Source of the DNA: Saccostrea echinata
Lineage: Eukaryota
NCBI RefSeq assembly: GCF_033153115.1
Contig: NW_026889805.1
Location: 17,608,001 to 17,672,000 of the forward strand
Length of the DNA stretch: 64,000 nucleotides
Direction of reading: 5' to 3'
Shown here: positions 55,075-64,000 of the stretch, piece by piece
Numbering within the stretch: position 1 is the first letter of the stretch
Layout of the letters: every line of letters starts with the position of its first letter
Translations under genes and position numbers: made by a program
Notes under the pieces: generated by a model
Database searches by the model: none
The model's input: the letters and a program-made list of their open reading frames with translations, nothing else
Told to the model about the DNA's origin: nothing

Positions 55075-55740
55075 ACGTAAAAGGTAAAGATAACAAACAG
55101 TGATCAATCTCAAAAAATCCAAAAACAATACAAACATGTGAAGAGGGCATAAAACACGGATCTCTGGAAATTAAAGAGGTGGGATCAGGTGCTTAAGAGG
55201 AGTAAGCATCCCCTGTTGACTGGTCACACCCGCCGTGAGCCCTATGTATCGAGCAGATAGATGGAACTATCAGTACAAAAACAAAGGCCTAACAATCGTA
55301 ATGAAACAAGTCAGCCAAAATACGACCCAATTATAGGTTATATTTACTAACAAGGTCATTATAACGACCATAAAATTTACGAAATACTGACTTTTACGAG
55401 GTTGTTGAAATCCCAGTAACATCAACTCATCAGTGAGTAGCCTGCCTCGCTTTAAAAATTGATCGTACTCGGAGCATTGCCAAGCTCTTGAGTAGCAAAT
55501 AAGTTGGGAGACATAAACACCATAAGCAGGAGAAAGTGGAATATTACTACATAAATAAGGAAAGTTGACGATGGAAAAGCTAAAGTCTCGCTTGTCATAC
55601 AATTTAGTTGTTAATAGGCCTTTATCGTCTATAGACGGTAAAATATCTAAATATGAAACAAATGTGGCATACTCTGTGGTGTCTTTATTTCAAGTTCACT
55701 GGGATATATCGAGTCGACATACGAATGGAAATATTGCATT
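55075..55740 (-). mobile_element. 5'-truncated, frameshifted reverse-transcriptase retroelement (Penelope-like Naiad-type C-terminus plus 3' UTR)
   Basis: LYDKRDFSFSIVNFPYLCSNIPLSPAYGVYVSQL..YSRA..CSEYDQFLKRGRLL is a recognisable RT C-terminal region. Disrupted frame; 3' block shared with the 8.1 and 46.9 kb copies. Clade assignment is from recall. Confidence 0.8.
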
Positions 55741-57348
55741 CATCTGTGTTGAAGCAACAGATTTACATGTACCTACTTGGCAGCTGACCCTGGGGGTCCA
55801 AGACTGTTTCTACCAATTCATTAAAGATTCTCTAAACAATGAATATATTCTGCAATTCATTCACTGACAAGGGGGCTTTTTTCTGGAGAATGGGGCAATG
55901 ATTTGCGTGTCTTTAACATGTTCCTTCATATTTCGTACAAATGTCTCATATATTATAATATTAGTTTATAAAGGCGGCAATAGACTAATGCCTTCCAAGA
56001 GTGTCAAATTTTACACACTACATGAAAATATTGATTGTTTTTCTTAAGACATCATTTATATAATAGGTCTAAATTGAATTTTAAAGAGTCATTGCACTTT
56101 TTATAAATTATCAGTAATATGATAAGCATTAAATTTTTTACTAAATGAAGGTTGCCATTTAAATAGAAAAAAACCCCATAAAATCACAGAACATTAACAT
56201 AAAAAAAGCTTGGGATTTTTTAAAATTATCAGTCAAATTGTAGTTTAAGATTTTTTTCATTCAAAATATGACTTTTCTTTGATTTGGCACTTCCTTCAGA
56301 AAACTATCACATCAAAGTATTTAAAATCAAGCAGACACAACAATTGAATAAACAGAGGTCCAAATAAAACTCCATAAATTTTTGTCATGTACATTGCTAA
56401 AATTTACAAGCTGTAGTGTTCTACAGGTTTAATTTTATAAGGACCAAATCTGCTTTGAGTGCATCAAACATTTGCATTTACATTTCTGTATTGATTTTTA
56501 AATCTTTCAATCTCTATATCTTTAAACAGACAAAATGATCTTTCTGATAGTTGAGGAGATCAGTTTGTTTGGCAGTAGCTTATTGTATATATACTAAAGA
56601 ATGGTCTTTGAAATATTTCGGATCGAACTGAGGCCAACACAGGGAAAACATAATGGAACAAAAGATTTTTTTGTTCCTTTATAATAGAATAATTATACAA
56701 CATAATTTGAATTGTTTTTTCTGTAGAATTATTGAATGCTTTCTGAGTACTGCAAAATACAATAATTCTAGGGTAACCTTTTGTTTTTACTGTTAAGTAA
56801 TTCTGACAAGAGTTACGGGCCATACACTGTGTAGGGTGACGGCCAATCTCCAATAAAGCCAGATGGAGGGAATTCTTATTGGAGTGGGTTTTTTTTTTTA
56901 AATATAGAGGTACACACATAACCTCAGTGACCCTGTTATCCACCGTGTCAGTTATTCTTTAGTTAAGATCACGATCTTTTTCAGAAGATAATATATAGTA
57001 GAGTAGGTAAGTACTAACAGCTTATTGAATGTGTTTGTATCAAAATATGGAATAAAAAGAAAACAGTACAATATTCAGTTTAAAATCAATGTCTAATTTA
57101 CAAACATTACTTCATAAATTTGATGTATAATCAATTAATTGTATGTTTTACATTGTCAGCTATTTGAACATTTAAAGTAATTGATTAATAGATTGATAAC
57201 AACATCGCGCACACAGGGATTTGTATAGGAATTGTCTGAAGGTAAACACTGCACGTCAGTCAAAGTCTATAGTGTTATAGAAGTCAATTTAGTTAAGACT
57301 TTATTCGTTTATTATAGAAAAAGAGGTTACAGGTGAGGAGAAATAAAG

Positions 57349-60300
57349 ATGTCTGACAAATACGCGTATTTGAAGAAAGTTTTCGACAAAATCCATCAGT
57401 GTAAATATTATGAGAGCGACTTCAGTTCATCAGATGTAGAAATAGCCATTCGAGAACTTAACGCAATATGCCAGACTATACCCATGCTGATTCCCGACAC
57501 ACAGGTGAGTGTAGAGAGGAAGTGTGTCTACCATTATAATAAATTCTGTTCAGAGAACCATGCATTTAAAACTTGACATGTTTGAAATTAACTACTTTGC
57601 GCTAGGTTCGAGAAAAATTCGACCTCATCATTTGAAAAACAGGCACTTAAAAATGCCAAAGATTATTTCTTTCGCTCAGATCTCGAGATTGATGAACCTA
57701 ATGTACCATAGAAATGAAGCTGCAATTGTTGTGCGCTGTAATTGAATGGCTGGGGTGGGGGTGTTTTAACAATTATGTGTTACTTTCCAAAGTTAAAAAA
57801 TAAAAATTTATAACATTTTTATCAACTCTCTGTTGTTTTTAAATCGATTTTTACCTTACTGTATTCATTTTTGAAATCATTAGATAAAAAATTCAAATAT
57901 TTGTAGATTACTTGCAATAATTTGTTTGTACATTTGCATTCTATATTTCGTTATTTATCATTTACATCATAGGCGCTCCCAGTGTAAATCTGTAAATGAC
58001 GAATGATGAGTACAGTATATATTGTACAATTAATCACCCTTCATGAGGTCAACATGGTGAAATGATGACCCGAGACCTGACCCACGAGGTGACCTGACCT
58101 GACCGAGGCCAACGGCCGAGGTCAGGTCAGGTCATCGAGTGGGTCAGGTCAAGGGGCATCATTTCACCATGCTGACCTCATGAAGGGTGATCAATTGTTT
58201 TATTATACCGACAATAATAATAATCAATTTTAACACATATGTAACATTTTATTTCAACAGAATAATGCATATTCTGAAATAACGATTTAAGCAGCAATAA
58301 CTTTGAATTTGAATGTTCAATTGAAAAGTGAAAAAACACATCTTAGAATCATTAAATGATTTACAGAGTCCAATAAAGAACTTTACAGTATCTTTACTTT
58401 TGTTGTTCTTTTCCCACGTAATAGTGAATGTGCACTTGACCGACATTTTTGAATAATGGGCCACAAGAGTTTTGAGGCGTTTGGTCAACTTTAACATTCT
58501 CCTTTTCTTCTGGAACATTTGCAAACAAATCTGAACCATTTTCATCATGTAGGACTTCAGATAGCAATTGTTTGGTACTGACAGTCTCAAATTCACAGTT
58601 ATTCAAATTTAAGAGCTGACTTTCTGAAGTACTGGTACAAGAATTTGTTGGAACAACTGGGTTTTCTAGCCCTAGCTTTGGTGATGGGTAAACCACAGAT
58701 GACAATACATCAAACATTTCTTGCTTTTTTGTTTCACTTACACATCTTGAATAGCTTTTTATGGAAGTTTCGGACTTATGTCCACTGACAGACATGATGT
58801 GTCGAGCTTCTATCCCACCCTGATCCAAACTAGTAATACACGTGGCACGTATGCAGTGGTTTGTATACAGAGTTGAGAGTTCGGCTTTCATAGATATTGT
58901 TTTCATAAAATTTCCCAAAGTATTATGACCTACTGGAGAATTGTCATACCAAACAGCATCTGAATCGTTGATATGGCGCTTCGGTCTCTGCCAAAAATTT
59001 GGATTCAGCTTTCCGAGGTATTTCTCCAGACTAGACACAGGACACTTCTCATCACCTACATGGACATATTAATATGAAAAATTGTAAATCAGTTGAATTC
59101 ATGAAAATTGTCACATAGACAAATATATGATCTAATATTAGTAAATGCTGAAGTTTACATTAATTTTATTTTACATGTATTTTAAGAAGTATATTACCTG
59201 GTATTTCATATATTCTTGCTGAAGATGCATCATGGTCATTCACATCACTTCCTCTGTGATTTTTGGTTTCATACTGAGCGACATTAAGATAATACCTCCT
59301 TCCTTGGCCATCTGTCCTCAAAACAAAATCAGTTTTCTTCATGCTTCTCAGATTTTCCCTTCCTCTTCTACATGTGTAGAACATCACATCAAGAAAAACT
59401 TTATATTGCAATCCCTGTGGACTGTTTCCGTTTAGGACGCCGCTACTATACAATGTTGCCATGTCAGCATCGCTGATAATTTCCTTGTGTTGAGTGGTTC
59501 CCTTTCCAGTTCGTTTGATGTTTGTCAAAACTGCCTTGAACATTTCGTTTGATAGACGAAAATCTGGGTCATTAATAATGTCATATTTATTTTTTTGGAA
59601 AAATCTCTGCAAACCAAACCTGATGCTGATCATGGAAGATCTACTATACAATTCACCATCTTTTCTTCGGAGTTCAGCGTAAAAGTTGATCAGAATTTCA
59701 GCAATTTCACCTTTTGTTTTTTGCAGTATGTTGTCCACAATCAGTCCTTTTTCAGTGCAGTATGTAATGAACACTCGTTTCGCTGAGTCTGTACATTGTT
59801 TTGTGTTGGAACTATCGCGGTTTTCTAGGATTGCTTGTAGTTCCTCACTTGTCAGAGTTGCAAACCTCGATTCGCCAGCCATCGTTTTTGTAAACAGACG
59901 ACAAATTACTCATGAGAAGTGACGTAGTACACAATTTTATAGTCTGTATCTTATTTCTCGAGAATAACTTACAGTTATAGTCTTTATCTAAAAACGGTAC
60001 AGTAAACATGAAGAAAAAACGAAGCGGTCATATGTTCCGCCATTTTTATTTTCTGCACAGGTCAGGTTCAGCGGTCAATAATATTAATGACCGGTCAATA
60101 TCTCATATACATGCAAAAATCAAGTCATTAATGGTCATGTGACACAAAAACGGGTCATAAGCTAATTTTAATGTTTTCTCATCAACCAATCAGATTCTTT
60201 CATTCTAATTGGAGGTATAATAAATATAGGTGTACCCCTCTATAATAAGTTGATTTTTATAGTATAGAGGAAGAGACCTATATATATTGTACTTGTCATT

Positions 60301-63300
60301 TTTCATTTACAGAATTACACGGGGAGCGCCCATGATTTACATCTGCATCGCATATTACACTGTGTGTATTCTGTAATGTTTCAATTTGTCTTGTATTTGA
60401 CTCCCATATGTATTCGGTAATAAAAGTTATTTGTATTCTATAATTGAATAATCGAATACAAATTGGCATGTTCTACTTTATTCTTTTTTAATTTCAAAAA
60501 GGATGTTTACAGAATAACAGATAATGTGCAGTTTAAAGTCTTTTTCCCCATTTACAGAGAGATATAATGAGGCTTTTGAATGCTGCCCAGTCTAGACATT
60601 TACAAGAAATATTAAAATACAAGGCAGACGGCGAGGAAAAATTCCACAATCTGTTGAAAGAATACCAAAACTACCTCCAAAGACAATCAGTTGTTCCAGA
60701 GTTTATCTTCAGTGTAAGTATATGCAAAAGTATATTTAAGGTCAGACGACACGTTCCTCAATAATATAACCTTTTTCAAAAATTTTGTCATTGAAGTATT
60801 GCTACTTTAACAAGTTTCCTCACAAAAATTTAAGTTACATTACCAGGCATTTGTTCAAGATACCATAAGATGCTATTTACTATATTATCCTATTTGAAAT
60901 CACTGACACTGCCAATATCGCAATTTGTTGGTATATTTATCTACTTAGAAATTTTAGAAATAGTTTAAAAATCACAAGACATTGATAATTATCATGCGAT
61001 AAATTTGTTGTATATTACGAAGAGATACAAATCAGATACTCGAGCAACGTGTCGTCAGACCTTAAATGCACAGATCCTAAAATATACATTAAAAAACCCT
61101 GCAATTTCTCGTCCCAAAATGAGAAGAACATAAACATCTTGTGAATATATATTTTTCTAAAAAAAAAAATAATAAGAAACTAAAACATGTATTAACGAAT
61201 CAAATAAAAAGAAGTATCACACTATTGATAATTCTTTTATTTTTTTTTTAAATGTGTTTTGAAAATTAAAATGAATGTACAATTTTTCCTATGAAGAATT
61301 CACCTGCAGGATCTACTAATTCAGAATATTTGGAAACAAGTGAGGATCGCAAATCAAGGTACGTAATTCTTAGAAAATTTTTCCGCAGAAAATATTCTAA
61401 AATGATAGTGTATTCCTGATACGGTACGTGCATGTGACCATAACATTACTTGCTTGAATCGTCTTCATTACTGCATTCTATTTTAGTTTGTCCATGGTTG
61501 ATGACAAGAAACGAAGAGACCACCATCGGACTAAAATAGATCTTAGTGATCTGAATACGCCAGAAAAAATAGCTGAGTACTTCAAAGATCTCTACCATAG
61601 GGAGTGGACTAGCGCTTTTAAAGCATTAAAAGACATGGGTCAAATAAGAAATGAAGAAGAAATAATTAGGAGATTGAGCAAAATGTTAGAAGTAAGTTAT
61701 GTGAAGTAGATAGTGGAGTTTGAAATATATTAGGGGGAGGGGTATTTTCATAAATATAAGACAGAAATAAATGCTTATGTTCATGTATACATGTATATAT
61801 CTGCTCCGATTTTTGGTTTTAAAACCACCATGAACATTGATGTTATTAAAAGATATTGCATATAAGTGCATATTTTAGGAAGATTCAGTACATGTATATA
61901 TACTGGTAAGGGTTTTAACAGATGGCATATGAATTATGTCGAGAAGAAGCTAGAAAACACAGAGGAAAAATAACAGAGGCTCTAGTTCACCCCTTAGGAT
62001 TACCAGCAATAGCAAATGTAAGTGACACCGAGAGTGGGTAAAAATTAATATGTGTTCCATATGTGAGCGTTTCTGCCTCATTTTTTATTTATCTTGAACA
62101 AGAGTATCATTACACCTTTATCATTTCCAAACCATTTTACTCTGTTTCGATGCATGCTTAAAACCTGAAACAAACCAGTAGATAGCATTTTTCCTTGATG
62201 TCTAGAAATTTAAATATGAATTTTGTTAATTCTGTCAAATTGTCTTTGGCCAGAAGATCAGAAAATGTATTATCTCCAAATCGATTCCGAACCTGAGAAA
62301 ACTCATTACGTCACTGAAGGCAAGCAACAGAAAATCACAAAATCATCGTTGATATACCAATAGCATTTTCCAAATTTTCGGCCATTTATTTTCGGCCATT
62401 TTTGTCAAACTTTTAAACACTTAAACACCCGTATAAAATGTTATTGCTATGATTAAAAATACACCAGTTTCAGAAGTGGATCCTATCAAAGCAAAAACCT
62501 AAGGAAATTTTTTTTATCTCATAATTTTCTCGAAACTTTTTGGATTTTTAGATATGCAATCTAATGCAAAAAGAAGTGGCGCTTGAACCGTGGGACAGAC
62601 TGTACTATACATAAAAAAAATGCTGTATAAGTTTTGTTTGTTTGTTTGTTTGTTGTTTAACGTCCCTCTGGAGAATTTTTCACTCATATGGAGACGCCAC
62701 CACTTGCCGGTGGAGAGCTGCAAATTTTGTCCTATACTCGGCACTTACGGCCATTGAGCAGTGAGGGATCTTTTTCGTGCCAGCACCTACTGCGACACGG
62801 GACCTCGGTTTATACGGTCTCATCCGAAGGACCGGTCTCCACGTCCCACAGTGGGATTCGAACCCGCGACGTAAGGATCAACTCCTTACTTCGCGACTCT
62901 AGAGCAGACGCTCTAACCACTGCGCCACGCGGGCGACGTGCTGTATAAGTAGTATACTTTATAATCATTTTGAATTATGTTTCTCGACAAGAAGTAAATT
63001 AATGTACATGATTATAAAAAAAAAAAGGCGTAGCAGTCGGCTGTACGAAAAAAATAACCCTCTTACAAGAGAGATAACTCTAATTGACCCTCTAACAAGA
63101 GAGATAACTCTCACTGACCCTCTTGCAAGAGAGATAACTCTCACTGGCAAAAAAAGTATTCTTAAATTGTCTAGTGAAAATTCAATGTCAGACCAAAGTT
63201 TCCCCGCAGGATACTATAAAACACTTTTTATTCGCGTGAACGTAACTACACAAGACCGTCTGCTCGCGAAAATCTATATAATTCTACTTTTAAAGATTAT

Positions 63301-64000
63301 ATAGAGCAATAACCAAAATTCCTGAAAAATATATTTTGCTTGATAAATACCAAACTGCAATCTCGCAAAAATAAGCTGTCGCAAAACTTAAGTGACCTAC
63401 AATGTACAGTATGCAGAAATTGTGTATTTTAATCATAATGGTTTCTATTATGAAATAATTAGCGTTGAAGAATTTTATATGAGTGAACAGAGAAACGGCA
63501 AACCTTAACTTCAATTTTTTCTATGACATGCTCTTTAAAACAGTAATTTCTGAATAATCTTACCATATGTTTTAAGCCCTGTTATATTTCTTAGGCCAGA
63601 GTAAGCCCTAATATAGAACAGAAGCTACAGCCCAGAGTTCACCAGATACAACAAGAGACGGGCTTATACGCTGTACCTGCTGTTCAGGAGGTAAATATTT
63701 TGAGGGTTTTGACAAAACACACAGACTTTATACTGTTCCTCAAATTTATTTGTATTCAGAGGAAGGTCGAATTTACTTAAATATGTATTAGATATTACAA
63801 TCTCATGTTTCCTTGTTTTGATTTTACGAATCGTTTAGAATAAACACAGTCTTGCATTTTTTTTAAAAAATCATTTTACAGATCTTTTGGTATACACACG
63901 GTGGTGCATTTGCAGAAACAGGATGGGATAAATCTAAAGAAATAATGAACTATGTTGAGAGCTGTGTTCGAATATGCTGGTTATTTTCAATTCAGGATCC
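57349..64000 (+). CDS. MIEAP/SPATA18 C-terminal-domain-like protein, paralogue C (3' end runs off the window)
   Basis: Exons 57349-57504, 60558-60713, 61297-61358, 61487-61691, 61922-62017, 63595-63690 and 63882->64000 join in frame. Exon sizes 156/205/96/96 equal those of B. N-terminus MSDKYAYLKKV..YYESDFSSSDVE.A.REL is homologous to B; last exon reads ...YVESCVRICWLFSIQD. Confidence 0.85.
58021..60226 (-). mobile_element. Crypton DNA transposon (tyrosine recombinase), apparently full-length
   Basis: Contains the YR gene, a ~170-bp terminal hairpin (58026-58198) and an 11-bp inverted pair tttattatacc / ggtataataaa. Boundaries are defined by interruption of the host MITE palindrome in a TATATA run. 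Confidence 0.85.
58394..59882 (-). CDS. Crypton tyrosine recombinase (DUF3504/KCTD1-ZMYM-related, CryptonA-like), 448 aa, 2 exons
   Basis: Exons 59882-59198 and 59055-58394 are joined by a 142-nt GT-AG intron (CCAG|gtaata...catgtag|GT), giving RIYEIPGDEKCPV. Motifs FYAELRRKDGELY, CRRGRENLR (R), YTNHCIRAT (HxxR), VSGHKS (H) and SIKSY (Y); no internal stops. Confidence 0.92.
62633..62938 (-). mobile_element. Full-length tRNA-derived SINE (Meta/MESC-like core) in an intron of paralogue C
   Basis: - strand A-box (tggcgcagtgg) and B-box (ggttcgaatccc), core ggtccttcggatgagac..taaaccgaggtcccgtg, (aaac)n tail. 12-bp TSD TGCTGTATAAGT at 62621-62632 and 62939-62950. Confidence 0.9.
63057..63146. repeat. 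30-bp tandem repeat x3
   Basis: accctct(t/a)(a/g)caagagagataactct(a/c)a(t/c)tg three times. Confidence 0.9.
63212..63410. mobile_element. Degenerate TA-flanked MITE
   Basis: tactataaaacactttttattcgcg ... tcgcaaaacttaagtgacctaca with internal tcgc(g/a)aaa repeats. Confidence 0.4.

Larger units (their letters stand above)
57968..60334. mobile_element. Palindromic hAT-type MITE (~165 bp when reconstructed) split by the Crypton insertion
   Basis: TIRs CATAGGCGCTCCCAGTGTAA / TTACACGGGGAGCGCCCATG; perfect 8-bp TSD ATTTACAT at 57960-57967 and 60335-60342. Confidence 0.85.

Noticed and set aside
56900-57348. ISRE at the 5' end of paralogue C
   Set aside because: Only degenerate half-sites were seen, which are common in AT-rich DNA.
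58394-59882. Phage or bacterial integrase contamination, or a frameshifted pseudogene
   Set aside because: A canonical spliceosomal intron joins the two ORFs in frame, the motifs are Crypton-type, and the element is embedded in a host intron.
62855-62936. tRNA gene on the - strand
   Set aside because: The tRNA-like head continues into a SINE core and (aaac)n tail and is bounded by a TSD, so it is a SINE.
63057-63146. CRISPR-like 30-bp repeats
   Set aside because: Units are head-to-tail with no unique spacers, there are no cas genes, and the context is a eukaryotic intron.

Overview
AT-rich eukaryotic genomic DNA with spliceosomal GT-AG introns. The repeat content (Helentron/HINE-type satellite carriers, a tRNA-derived SINE, Crypton, Penelope-like fragments) points to a bivalve mollusc, probably an oyster; this is inferred, not shown. 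Main contents: (1) one or two orphan + strand exons near 3.2 and 5.6 kb; (2) a 7-EC protocadherin on the - strand, with a 2.6-kb ectodomain+TM exon (25744-23141) and three small tail exons reconstructed by hand; (3) a tandem cluster of three + strand multi-exon paralogues with a MIEAP/SPATA18-like C-terminal domain (A 40819-44509, B 52004-54575, C 57349 to beyond the window end), two of which share an IRF/ISRE-type 12-mer GTGAAACCGAAA at their 5' ends; (4) an apparently intact, intron-containing Crypton tyrosine-recombinase transposon inserted in a palindromic hAT-type MITE (8-bp TSD), which itself lies in the first coding intron of paralogue C; (5) many non-autonomous elements, a duplication with identical ends and different middles at 29.6-35.5 kb, and a 140-N assembly gap. 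All gene models were built by eye; no database searches were run.
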